Source: Nannocystis bainbridge
GTDB lineage: Bacteria; Myxococcota_A; Polyangia; Nannocystales; Nannocystaceae
Length of the DNA: 64,000 bases
Assembly: GCF_028368995.1 (NCBI RefSeq)
Contig: NZ_JAQNDL010000003.1
Coordinates: 832,001-896,000 of the forward strand
Direction: 5' to 3'
Part shown: positions 30,001 through 39,900 of the stretch, in pieces
How positions within the stretch are numbered: position 1 is the first letter of the stretch
Layout: each line of letters starts with the position of its first letter
Made by a program: the position numbers and the translations under genes
The notes under the pieces: generated by a model
What the model was told of the DNA's origin: nothing
Databases searched by the model: none
What the model saw: only the letters and a program-made list of their open reading frames with translations

Positions 30001-31680
30001 AACGTCGCGCGGCCCGTCGGGTCGGCTCGCAACCAGTTGCCAGATCTGCTGCGAAGGTGGTTCGGACCCGCCGCGGGTCAACCCGGCACCGCGTTTGACG
30101 TCCGCTTCGTCGCCAGCCCCGACGGGTTGTGGTGCGAGCCGGTGCAGAGCAACCTGCTCCCGTTCACCCGACGCGCCGTCGTCGCTTATCCGGACCTGCG
30201 CGCTGCGGCTGGTCCCGCGCTCGGGGAAGCCGAGCCGCCCGATTCCGAGCTCGTGCTGTTGCCGGTCGAGGGGGAAGCATCGGATCGGTTCGCGGTGCGT
30301 GTCTCCGGAACATCGATGGACGGCGGTTCGCATCCACTTCGCGACGGTGACTGGGCCATCCTCCGCTACTGCCGCAACTTGCCGGCGAGCGCGCTCACCA
30401 ACTGCATCGCACTCATCCAGCTTCCCGAAGGCAGCTCGTGGCAGCTCAAGCGCATTGTCCAAAGCGAAGGCCGCTGGCGCCTGCTTTCCGACAACCCTGC
30501 GGGTCCGTCGTACGAAGCTACGGAGGACATGCGGGCGATTGCCCGCCTCGAGGGGTCGGTGCGGCCCGAAGATATCGCGCCACCCGTCGGTACGACCATC
30601 ACGGATCTTGAAACCACCTTCGGCATCGCCCGGCCTGCCACCGGCCGATGGGGCGGCCATTTGTTTGTGTTCATCGACAGTCCCGGCCAGCTCGTCGCTC
30701 CCGACAGAGTGCGAGGGTCCGTCGCGCGCCGGCCAGCCGAGACCGCTTTCGTCCTCGCGCAGACCGACGGCGGATTTCAATACCTGGGTGTCGGGCGCTG
30801 GCAAGACGACGGATGGAAAATCCCCGACGTCGACTACCGGACGTGGCAGCGCTGGGGCGACGGACGCACCGTGTCCAGGGTCCTTCCAGATGGCAGCCTT
30901 GCCCGCGCGCAGCGAGTTGTCGACGTGCTCCTCGCCATGCCGAACGCGATGCTTGTCCAGGGGGGGCGGCGTGCCCGCGTTCTCGGTCCGTCGCAGCGCG
31001 GTGGGCTGCGTATCGACGGCGGCGAGGAAGGCTTTGCCGAGCGCTCAATCTCGCTGACCGATCTCGCATGGGTCGCTGTCGCAAGCGACGACGTGCAAGC
31101 CCATGGCGGCGTGCTCGACGAGGCGCGGGTCAACCGCGCGCGCTACCTCGACGGCACGCCCAAGGGCTCGACCCGGTGGATCGACACCGGCTGGGCGCTC
31201 GTTGCCTGGAAGCTGACCGAGCCTCGTCTGGGCTCGTTCGGGCCTCATCGTCCGGTTCGCGCTGACGGCTCGACGATCGACGCGACCTTTCGCCTGGAAG
31301 AGGTCGACGGCCGGCCGAGCATCGTGCTTGAGGCGCGCGGCGGAACCCGCGGTTCGGCCGACGCACGCAATACCGAGTATGCTGTGGGCCTCGAGTTCAT
31401 CCTCGAGCGACTCGCCCAGGCCGAATTGACGCTCGCTGATGCGGCGATCGACACACGCGAGACGGCGCACCTCCCCATCGCAGCTCGACGCCTCGAGCTC
31501 GGGGGGTATCCGGTAAAAATCTTCGACGCAGCCGAACTTCGGCGTCGCCTGAGTACCGCTCAAGCGAAGGTCGGCAAGGCACCTGGCGCCCGGGCGGGCA
31601 ACCCGACACGGCGGCTGCGCCTGTGGCCCGGCGGCGCTGAGCTCGACCTGCCGGCACTGGCGGCGCTCCTGGGGGTGTGA
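27070..31680 (+). CDS. HIT hydrolase + PLD nuclease + SF2 helicase + S24 peptidase multidomain protein, putative defence/restriction enzyme
   Basis: GTG 27070 after GAGG; CPFC...HLHVH (HIT); FHPKAW...VGSSNLS (PLD); ATGLGKT, DEVHH, TATP, QQLGRGLR (SF2); AAAG...VSGTSM...LKR...LSDNP (LexA/S24-like). Confidence 0.88.
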   Translation: MPPCPFCAIPDSQIVWSDELVIAVRDLHPVSRGHTLVIPRRHVGTWFDASAAEREAIWRAVDAIKHMLDAGDKPDGYNVGFNAGAAAGQTVMHLHVHVIPRYVGDMDDPRGGVRHVIPSRGNYLRDTPPLASGGEDDPFAAHVLPLLARAEKVDIVSAFVQASGLERIEHPLETALREGAVIRIITGDYLEITQVEALELLLDWQATRGERGTLEAKVVEVAGLPGRTRSFHPKAWHLEGPDFGVAFVGSSNLSRSALDTGIEWNLRVERDADARAWGRIRDAFAALWSRAKPLDATWIAAYAARVRARPASVPPGEIEVDPPVRLATPHDVQKEALACLRATREQGRRRALVVLATGLGKTWLAAFDFVQLWDELGRVPRLLFLAHRRELLRQAAGTYRAQLRSRNVSARVGWCLEDLADIGADLVFASIAKASRAPWIDQLAAERFDYVVIDEVHHAAAESYRKILARLDPTFLLGLTATPDRADAADILGLFDDHVAYRADLARGVQIGRLVPFRYFGVRDDIDYKNIPWRHHHFDAEQLAAAAQTERRMQTLWVSWQAHPGTRTLVFCCSVAHADYAAAWLAARGVRVAKVYAAPGSDDRDLALTRLQRGELDAICAIDIFNEGVDVPALDRVVMLRPTESSVVFLQQLGRGLRAAPGKQAVTVLDFVGNHKIFLERLRALLSLGDRAAALATLVATGRTELPHGCTVELELEAKRILESLYRLGGAERVEQAYRELRDTRDHRPTAGELQRLGYAPATLRARHGSWFAFVAAEGDLTPEQLRVLDSGFLDDLETTEMTKSFKMVTLDVLLDAGALFSGLSVRDLALGAWSRLRRSPELLADVLEHDRLPANPDESAARRWVAYWRDNPIAAWTATKKKKRTWFVVDEDDRFRLALPPDPALPGLVHELVDYRLARYRVPISDDSFVCRVIWNKRDPIIKLPQRATENVSGQELPVRLPDGSVWLFRFVTGFCNVARPVGSARNQLPDLLRRWFGPAAGQPGTAFDVRFVASPDGLWCEPVQSNLLPFTRRAVVAYPDLRAAAGPALGEAEPPDSELVLLPVEGEASDRFAVRVSGTSMDGGSHPLRDGDWAILRYCRNLPASALTNCIALIQLPEGSSWQLKRIVQSEGRWRLLSDNPAGPSYEATEDMRAIARLEGSVRPEDIAPPVGTTITDLETTFGIARPATGRWGGHLFVFIDSPGQLVAPDRVRGSVARRPAETAFVLAQTDGGFQYLGVGRWQDDGWKIPDVDYRTWQRWGDGRTVSRVLPDGSLARAQRVVDVLLAMPNAMLVQGGRRARVLGPSQRGGLRIDGGEEGFAERSISLTDLAWVAVASDDVQAHGGVLDEARVNRARYLDGTPKGSTRWIDTGWALVAWKLTEPRLGSFGPHRPVRADGSTIDATFRLEEVDGRPSIVLEARGGTRGSADARNTEYAVGLEFILERLAQAELTLADAAIDTRETAHLPIAARRLELGGYPVKIFDAAELRRRLSTAQAKVGKAPGARAGNPTRRLRLWPGGAELDLPALAALLGV

Positions 31681-31768
31681 GAGGTCGGAAACCGTCTCGC
31701 TCGTCGCTTCGCCGGCCGAGTCCGCGAACCGCCGCAACTGGGTAGTGCCCATTCATTCAAAATTCCCG

Positions 31769-32482
31769 TCAACTCCCTCTGGACCGGCTGTAGCGATCAT
31801 CCCGCCACGGATGCGCCGAACTCGAATACCCGTTCATCTCCCAGAACCCCAGCTTCTCGCGCGTCAGCAGCTGGATGCGGCTGATCCACTTCGACCCTTT
31901 CCACGCATACAGCTGCGGCGTGATCATGCGGACTGGCCCGCCGTGTTCCACGGCCAGCTCGCGGCCGTCGACCGTGTGGGCCAGCAGCACATCGGGTTTG
32001 AGCGCCTCCTCGAGCGCCACGTTCGTCGTGTAGCCGTCGTAGCCGTGGCACATCACGTGGACCGCCGTCGCTGTCGGGTGCACGCGCGCCATCAGGTCGG
32101 CGAAGCGCACGCCGACCCATTGCATGTCCATCTTCGACCACGACGTCACGCAATGGAAATCGCTGGTGTCGGTCGTCTGCGGCAGCGCCATGAAGGCCGC
32201 CCAGTCGAGCGTCAGCGGCTGCTCGACCGCTCCGTCGACCACCAGCTGCCACCTGTCCTTCGGCACGACCGGCTTGCGGCCGAGGTCGAGCACTGGCCAC
32301 TTTCGCGTCTCCGTCTGGCCGACCGGCAGCTTCGGCATCCCGTGGCGATTCGGCGGCCCCGAGCCTTGCGGGCGCGCGTCGGACAGCGCCGGCGAGTCGC
32401 GCATCCGCTGCTCCCAGCGCTCCATCAGCTTGTGCCGCGCCTCGACGATCCGCCGCTCCTTCTCGTCCGCGTCCTCGCTCAT
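31769..32482 (-). CDS. sulfite oxidase-like molybdopterin oxidoreductase
   Basis: DFHCVTSWS, GYTTNV, EHGGPVR, YAWKGSKW, GFWEMNGY. Confidence 0.88.
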   Translation of the reverse strand: MSEDADEKERRIVEARHKLMERWEQRMRDSPALSDARPQGSGPPNRHGMPKLPVGQTETRKWPVLDLGRKPVVPKDRWQLVVDGAVEQPLTLDWAAFMALPQTTDTSDFHCVTSWSKMDMQWVGVRFADLMARVHPTATAVHVMCHGYDGYTTNVALEEALKPDVLLAHTVDGRELAVEHGGPVRMITPQLYAWKGSKWISRIQLLTREKLGFWEMNGYSSSAHPWRDDRYSRSRGS

Positions 32483-32727
32483 CGCCGCCGATTGTACTCG
32501 AGCCCGCCCGCGCCGCCGAGCGACCTCCCAGGCGCCGGCGCGACGCTCGTCCTGCGGCCCATGACCGCCCACGGACGCGGCGCGGCGGTGACCACGTCCT
32601 CGCCCTGGGCCCGCCGCGTCCGCGACCTCGGCGAGGCTTCGTTGACGCGTGGTCCGCCGCGGCCGCGACCGTGCTCCACGGCTGCCGCCGGTCTTCGCCC
32701 GCTCCGGCCCGGACAGCGCGCCCTCCT

Positions 32728-32795
32728 TCCACATGCCCTCCCGGACATGCCCTTATAGACCTGTCGCAAGGGACATGCATCTTCAGACATGTCCA
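32728..32795. repeat. GGACATGTCC-type palindrome array, 14-bp period (5 units)
   Basis: cores at 32732, 32746, 32760 (CCTG), 32774, 32788, just past the ligA stop. Confidence 0.85.
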
Positions 32796-32809
32796 TCACA
32801 CCACCCCGC

Positions 32810-34861
32810 TCACTCGAGCGAGCCGACCATCGCCAGGAATTCCTCCTCGCTGAGGATCTTCAGCGGCGCCCCGGCGGCGATCAGCTCTTCGGCCTTCTTC
32901 TGCTTGCTCGACTTGGCCCCGCGGCCGGCGCCGACCACCAGGAACGACAGCGCCTTCGTCACCCCGGACGGGTTCTCGCCGCCGAGGGCTTGCACGCGGG
33001 CTTGCGCGACCTCGCGGGTGAACGCCTCGAGCGTACCGGTGAACACGAAGCTCTTGCCGGACAGCGCCGCGCCCTCGACCGGGGCTGGCGCCGCCTCGCC
33101 GGGCAGCACCGTCACGAACTCGAGCAGCCCGTCGATCAGCTCCTTGCGGGCCGCGAGGCCGTGCACGATCGCATCGGCGATCGCGTCCTTGATCCCGCGG
33201 ACCGCCGTGAGGTCCGCCTGCGTCAGCTCGCGGATCCGCTCGAGCGTGCGGAACTCGCCCGCCAGCAGCAGCGCGTTCTGCCGGCCCAGGTGCTCGATCC
33301 CCAGCGCTTGCAGGAACACCGCCAGCGGCAGCTCCTTGTGCCCCTCGATCTGCTCGATCAGGTTCTGCGCGCTCTTCTCGCCCAGCCGCTCGAGCCCCTG
33401 CAGATCGACCGCGCGCAGGCGGTAGTAGTCCGCCGGCGTGCTCAGGAGCTCGGCGTCGACCGCTGCGCCGATCACCTTCGGCCCGAAGCCTTGCAGGTCG
33501 ACCACCTTCGCGAAGTGCTCGAGCTCGCCGAGGCGGGCCTGCACGCATTTCTTCGGCTCGGCGCACCACAGGTTCTCGCCGTCGCGCTTCTTGCGGCGCT
33601 CGATCGGCCCGCCGCAGGCCGGGCACTGCGTCGGCAGCTCGAACGGGCGCGACGCCGGGCCCGACTCGACCACGCGCTCGACGTTGGGGATCACCCCGCC
33701 GCGGCGGGTCACCTCGACGCGGCAGTTGTGAGTCAGCCCGAGCGCCTCGAAGATGTTGAGGTTGTGCAGGCTGGCGCGGCCGATCCGCGCCCCGCTGAGC
33801 TCCACCGGCTCGAGCATGGCCACCGGCGTGATCACCCCGGTGCGGCTGACCGACCAGAGCACGTCGAGCAGGTCGGTCACGCCCGAGTCGCCCTGGAACT
33901 TGTAGGCGATCGCGTAGCGCGGGTGATGCCCGGTGAGGCCGAGGCGGCGCTGCTCCTTGACCGACGCCGTGCGGTACACGACCCCGTCGATCTCGTAGTC
34001 GAGCTCGGGCCGGTTGCGGGCCCAGCGATCGTAGCTGGCCTGCAGCCCCTCGCGGTCGACGAACTCGTGGTCGATGCCGCCGAGCCCGAGCTTCTTCAGC
34101 AGCTCGAACTTGTCGCGCTCGCTGTCGAATTCGGGGCCGATGATGTCGTAGGCGAAGAAGCTCAGGTGCGCGTTGCGGGTGTTCTTGCGCTCCTTCTGCT
34201 TGATCGACCCGGCGGTCAGGTTGCGCGGGTTGGCGAAGTCGCCCTTGAACTTGGCGAAGTCGCTGAGCTTCATGTAGAGCTCGCCGCGGACCTCGAGCTC
34301 GACCCCGCCGGAGTCGACCGTGCGCGGGATGTCCTTCACCTCGAGCGCGTTCATCGTGATGTCCTCGCCCTCGGTGCCCGAGCCGCGGGTGGCCGCCATC
34401 ACCAGCTTGCCCTTCTTGTCGTAGCGCAGGCTGCAGGCCACGCCGTCCATCTTCGGCATCACCAGGATCTCGCTGCTGAACTTGCCGGCCCAGCTCTGCA
34501 GGTCGGTCTCGCTGTAGCACTTCTCGAGCGACAGCATCGGCCGCAGGTGGCGGACCGCCGCGCCGAACCGCTGCTCCGGCGCCAGCTGCAGCGCCTCGTC
34601 GGCGTCCATCGCCGGCGCCTCGGCCGCCTGCGGACCCATCTCGTCGAGCACCGCCGCGTCGGGCCGGACCCGCTTGAGCCGCTCGACCAGTTGGTCGTAC
34701 AGCGTGTCCGGCAGCGTCGCCGCGTGGTCGTCCCAGTACTCCTTGTTGGCCCGCCGCACCAGCGCCTCGAGCTCGTCGGCCGTGAACGAGGGCAGCCTGG
34801 CGTTCACCGCGGCGGCGTCGAGGGTCAGCAGGTCGGAGGCGGGGGTCGTCGAGGCGCTCAT
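32810..34861 (-). CDS. ligA: NAD-dependent DNA ligase
   Basis: PMLSL, KMDG adenylation motif, ATRG.G..GEDIT, EVRGE, FANPRN, AIAYKF, RASLHN, CPAC zinc finger, HhH and BRCT. Confidence 0.97.
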   Translation of the reverse strand: MSASTTPASDLLTLDAAAVNARLPSFTADELEALVRRANKEYWDDHAATLPDTLYDQLVERLKRVRPDAAVLDEMGPQAAEAPAMDADEALQLAPEQRFGAAVRHLRPMLSLEKCYSETDLQSWAGKFSSEILVMPKMDGVACSLRYDKKGKLVMAATRGSGTEGEDITMNALEVKDIPRTVDSGGVELEVRGELYMKLSDFAKFKGDFANPRNLTAGSIKQKERKNTRNAHLSFFAYDIIGPEFDSERDKFELLKKLGLGGIDHEFVDREGLQASYDRWARNRPELDYEIDGVVYRTASVKEQRRLGLTGHHPRYAIAYKFQGDSGVTDLLDVLWSVSRTGVITPVAMLEPVELSGARIGRASLHNLNIFEALGLTHNCRVEVTRRGGVIPNVERVVESGPASRPFELPTQCPACGGPIERRKKRDGENLWCAEPKKCVQARLGELEHFAKVVDLQGFGPKVIGAAVDAELLSTPADYYRLRAVDLQGLERLGEKSAQNLIEQIEGHKELPLAVFLQALGIEHLGRQNALLLAGEFRTLERIRELTQADLTAVRGIKDAIADAIVHGLAARKELIDGLLEFVTVLPGEAAPAPVEGAALSGKSFVFTGTLEAFTREVAQARVQALGGENPSGVTKALSFLVVGAGRGAKSSKQKKAEELIAAGAPLKILSEEEFLAMVGSLE

Positions 34862-35424
34862 GAGGGGCCGCGATGTTAACAAAACCGCGCCCGCACGTCC
34901 CCGGCTCGCTTTCGCGCGCACATGCGCGCGACGGGCCCTGCGAGGCCGCAGCGACCTGCGGGCGCGACGTGCGAACCCACGCCGCGAGGTCGATCCCTCG
35001 TGACCTCCGCGCCCGCGACCTGCCGCGGCGGCACGGCGACCGCTCGCGCCCCGGCCGACCCCGCCTCACCTCTCCCGTAGCGATGCGACCGGTACCGCGG
35101 CGATCCGTGAATCCTGGAACAGCCTTCCTTGTGATGCCGCGTACGATCCTCGTCGATGGCGTGCGCGTCACTCGGCGCCGCGACCTCGCACCTCCGTCAC
35201 ACGGGGTCGCGTTCATTGTCGCCAGCTCGAATGCCAATGTCTTGACTCCGCGTGACGGCGACGACAGCCAACGTGCGACCGCGGGTGCTCGCTCGGTCCA
35301 CGCGGTCGGCGGATCATGACAGCCGTGTCGTGCGGCCGCGCGCCGTCGCCCGCCGCGGCGCCGTGAAACCGCCCCGCAGCCCGTTTGGAGCCGTGGCACG
35401 CCTCTTGAAGAGCTCGGGGAACCT

Positions 35425-36759
35425 ATGACTTTCGCCGCCTGTCGTCCCCTTCGTCTCGCGCTTCTCACCCTTCCGCTCATGACCCTGGCTGTCGGCTGCG
35501 GCGATGATGCTCCGAGCGACGAAGGCAGCAGTGCCACGAATGCGTCCTCGCCCGTCGGCACTGAAGGCGGGAGCGGCGGCGAAGAGCCCGGGGACGGTTG
35601 GGGCACCGACGCGCCGGGCGACTCGGGCGGCGCCAGCACTTCCGGCGGCGATCCGGGCGGCGGCGGCACCGACAGCGGGCCCGACTCGGGCGGCGGTAGT
35701 GACACCGACACCGGCGGCGAGGAGCCGATCGATCCGGGCCAGTTGACGGCCGGCGAATGGCGGGACCTCGATCACTGGGACTTCTGGATCGGTCTGCTCG
35801 GCAATGACATGTGGTCGCCGATGCAAAACCTGTGGAAGCTCTACACCAGCCAGCGCTTCGCCGTGGTCGCGCTCTCCGAGCAGGCCCCGGTGGTCGACGC
35901 CGAGGTCGTCCTGCTCGGCGGCGATCAGAAGCCGCTGTGGAGCGCGCGCACCGACGTCCGCGGCCGCGCCGAGCTGTTCAACGGCCTCGTCGGCGCCGCG
36001 GGCGAGGGCCCGTTCACGATCGAGGTCAGCTCCGGCGAATCGTCCGTCACCCTCGCCGACGTCCAGCCGTTCGCCGGCGACCCCGCGATCGCCAACCTCG
36101 ACGCCGCCGAGGCGCCGGCCAAGGTGCTCGATCTGCTGTTCATGATCGACACCACCGGCTCGATGGGCGACGAGCTCGAGTACCTGCAGGTCGAGCTCGC
36201 CGACGTGATCTCGGAGATCCGCGACAACATCGGCCAGTCGTTCAAGCTCCGCCTCAGCGTCAACTTCTACCGCGACCACGACGACGAGTACGTGGTGCGC
36301 GAGTTCCCGTTCACCGAGGACATCGACGCCGCCCTGGCCGACCTCGCCGCGCAGAACTACGACGGCGGCGGCGACTTCCCCGAGGCCGTCAGCGAGGCGC
36401 TCGACGCGACGATCCACAACGCGCAGTGGAGCGCCTCGGCGGTGTCGCGCCTGGCCTTCCTGGTCCTCGACGCCCCGCCCCACGAGGGCGCGCAGGACCT
36501 GGCGCGGATCCAGGAGAGCGTCGTCGACGCGGCCGCCGCGGGCGTGCGCATCATCCCGGTCGCCAGCTCGGGCATCGACAAGAACACCGAGTTCTTCCTC
36601 CGCTTCATCGACATCGCCACCGGCGGCACCTACGTGTTCCTCACCGGCCACAGCGGCATCGGCGGCGAGCACATCGAGCCGACCATCGGTGAGTACCAGG
36701 TCGAGCTGCTCAACAGGCTGCTGGTCCGCCTCATCACCCAGTCGGTCCAGGTCGACTGA
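35425..36759 (+). CDS. vWA-domain lipoprotein
   Basis: LAVGC lipobox; LTAGEW; DLLFMIDTTGSMGDE MIDAS motif; GGGDFPEAV; DAPPH. Confidence 0.88.
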   Translation: MTFAACRPLRLALLTLPLMTLAVGCGDDAPSDEGSSATNASSPVGTEGGSGGEEPGDGWGTDAPGDSGGASTSGGDPGGGGTDSGPDSGGGSDTDTGGEEPIDPGQLTAGEWRDLDHWDFWIGLLGNDMWSPMQNLWKLYTSQRFAVVALSEQAPVVDAEVVLLGGDQKPLWSARTDVRGRAELFNGLVGAAGEGPFTIEVSSGESSVTLADVQPFAGDPAIANLDAAEAPAKVLDLLFMIDTTGSMGDELEYLQVELADVISEIRDNIGQSFKLRLSVNFYRDHDDEYVVREFPFTEDIDAALADLAAQNYDGGGDFPEAVSEALDATIHNAQWSASAVSRLAFLVLDAPPHEGAQDLARIQESVVDAAAAGVRIIPVASSGIDKNTEFFLRFIDIATGGTYVFLTGHSGIGGEHIEPTIGEYQVELLNRLLVRLITQSVQVD

Positions 36760-36916
36760 TCTGCCGCCTTTGCCCACGAGCACGCGCCATTTCGGCGCGT
36801 GCTCGCGTGCTCTTGCGATCCGCCGATCCTCGCCGAACGACGTACGCTCGCATCTTCGCCGCTTCGCCACGACGCGACCTCGTGCGGAAGTGCGGCCTGT
36901 GCCATCCTGGCGCTCG

Positions 36917-39900
36917 ATGCCGTCCTCGCCCCGCCTCGCCGCGCTCGCGGTCCTCTCGGCCGCCCTCGTCGGCTCGGCCTGCGACCGCGCCGGTGATTCT
37001 GCGCCCCGCGACGGCGCGCCCGCCGAGGCCCCGGCGACGGACCCGTGGACGCTGACGGCCCTCGAGTCGCTCGGCGAGCGCGCCGCCCTCGTCGCCGTGA
37101 TCCGGCAAGACACATGGCCGGCGACCGCCGCTCGCCTGGCCCCGCTCCTGCCGCGCAGCGACGCCCAGAGGCCCGCGCGCGCCGCCCTGCTGCTGGCCGG
37201 CCAGCCATCTGTCTTTTTGCACATGCTCTTCGGGACAGCCTCGTCCGCCGCGCCGCCGCTGCCCGGCCTCGACCCGGCGCGCCCGCTGGTGCTCGCGCTC
37301 GACGAGCCGGCCCTCGCCGCGCCGGCCGGCCTGCTCGCCGCCGAGCTGGCGCGGCGACCCGGCGCGCTGCCCGGGTTGCGGCACGAGCTCGTGCTCCCGG
37401 CCCTCGATCCCGCCGGCCTCGCCGACGCGCTCGCGCAGTGGTTCGACGGCCGCGGGCGGCAAGATCCGGCCCTGGCCGCCGGGACCGCGGGCGCGCGAGC
37501 GTGGGTGCTCGGCTCCGGCGATCTCGCGGCCGTCGTGCCCACCGCCGACGCCGTGCGCATCGTCGCGCTGCAGCACGCGCTCGCGCCGGCGGGCACGCCG
37601 ATCGAGGCCGTCCCGTCCGCGCTGCGCGGCGAGCTGCTGCGGGCGAGTCCATCCCCCGCGGCGCGCACCGCTGGCCTCGCGCAGGCAGCCGCCAGCGGCG
37701 AGCCGCTGGCCGTGCTGCTGCGCCCGCGCGTGCTGCCAGCGCTGCTGCAGTGGCAGCGCGCCCGCGCCGACGTCGACGCGCTCGCGCAGGTCAGCCACGT
37801 CGAGGCTGGCCAGCGGCGCCGCGCCGCCCTGGCCGGCCTGCTGAGCTGCGAGCGAGCGCTCGGCGACGGCGCCGTCGACCTCGAGGACTGGCTGTTCACC
37901 GCGACCGCCGATCCGCACGGCCTGCGCCTGCGCGCCTCGGCCGATCTCACCGCCACCGGCGCGCAGGCCCTCGCCGAGCCGCCGGTGGCCCGCGAACCAC
38001 TGGCAATGCGCGGCCCCGCGGTCGCCAGCGTCGCGGTGCGGCTGACCCTCGCCGATCCGCCCGACCCGATCGCCGGGCGACCGATCGACGCCGCGACCGC
38101 GCTGCTCGATTGCCAGGATGTCCTTCCGTACATGGTCTTCGGGACACCTCTCTCGGCGCTGCAGGGCCCGCGCATCCACATCCCCGCGGCGTTCACCGCC
38201 CAGCTCGCGCTCGCCGGCGCCGCCGACGACCTGCGCGGCGCGATCGCCCTCGACCTCGCCGCCGCCGCCGACACCTCGCTGCTGCAGGAATTCGGCCGCC
38301 CCGCCATCACCAACCTCGGCCACGAATTCACGCTGCAGGCCGAGCTCGCCGGCGATCGTCAGCGCGTGTTCGTCGGCGTCGGCGCCGACCCGCGCGTCGT
38401 GTTCGCCGACACCACCGAACCGTCGGGCCTCGTCGCCGCGCGCCTCGATCTGTCCGTGCTCGCGCCCCTGCTCCGCCCCTTCGTCCCCGAGGCGTTGCTG
38501 GGCCATCGCCGCGCCGCCTTCGACCTCGCGCGCGACGGCTCGCGGTTGCGCGGCGAGCTCGTGTTCGACGACGGCGAGGCGATCGCCGCGACCCGACCCG
38601 AGCCCGCGACTCGCGGCGAACCGACCCCTGCTCCCGCGCCGCCCTCGCCCGGCCTCGTCTGCGCCCGTGCCTTCACGTCTCAGGCGATCGACGCCCTCGA
38701 CAAGGCTCGACTGCCCGCCGCCGTGCCCACCGGCCAATCGCTCGACCTCCTGCTCGCCGCCGGCGAATCATCGCTGACCTGCGTCGCGGCCGATCCCACC
38801 ACCGCCGCGCACGCCCCCGCCCTGCGGCGCATGCTGCCGCTCGCCCTCGCCGACCTGCTCGCCGACGCCCTGCGCCCGTCCGAGGCCGCGCGCGTGCTCG
38901 CGGGCCCGTGCGAGGCCGGCGATCCGCTCGCGTGCAGCCGCCGCGCCGAGCTCGCCCAGCTGCCCGACGTCACCTTGCCCGGGCTGCACTCCAACTGCCC
39001 CGATCACCACGCACGCCACGCCTACCGCCTCGTGCTCGCCGGCGATCGCATGGCCCTCGACGACCGCATCGTCGATCTCGCCGCCTTGCAACAACAGCTC
39101 GCCGCCCTGGCCGACGAGCGCGACCCCAGCCTCGAACTGGCGATCGACGCCACCACCCCGTTCGCGGCCGTGCGCCCGCTGCTGGCCGCGCTGGCGCAGC
39201 GCCCCGAGATCCGCCTCGGCATCGTCGCCAGCCACGACCGCGAGACCGCTCCGCTCTACCGCATCCCGACCGTCACCCCGCAGATCGCCGCCAGCTCGCC
39301 GACCGCCTCGCAGCTGTCGCGCATGCCCGCCCACCAGCGCGTCGGCGCCCTCGTGCTCGCTGCCGACGGCGCCACGCTGCGCATGCGCACCGGCACGACC
39401 GCGCTCGGCAGCTACCCCTATTTGCACGCGACCACCATCGAGGCCGACGCGCGCGAGCGGCCCGACAACGGCTTGCCGCCCATGGTCGTCGCCACCGACA
39501 CCACCCCGTGGTCGACCGTCGCCGTGGCCCTCGCCGGCACCTGCAGGCCGCACGTGCTCGTCGACGCCGCCGACATGCAAGCCCAGCTCGGCCCGCCCGA
39601 TCGCACCGTCTCGATCCTTTGGGACCCGCACGGGCCCAAGCCGCTGTCGGTCGTGCCCAAATCGCGCGGCCCCAACAACATCAATTCCGGCCTATTCAGC
39701 GCCAAGCCCCGCGTCGAATACTGCTACGCCCGCGCCCTCGCCGACCGGCCCGAGCTCGCCGGCGCGGTCGTCGTCGACCTCGCGGTCTCGGCCGCGGGCG
39801 CGCTCGATTCGGTCAAGATCGTCTCCTCACGGCTGGCCCACCCGGAGGTCGAGCGCTGCATCATCGACGCGCTGGTCCGCCACACCTCATGGTCCGGGGC

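Noticed and set aside
34900-35400. Possible ncRNA or small gene between ligA and the vWA gene
   Set aside because: No recognisable structure or credible ORF; treated as a divergent promoter region
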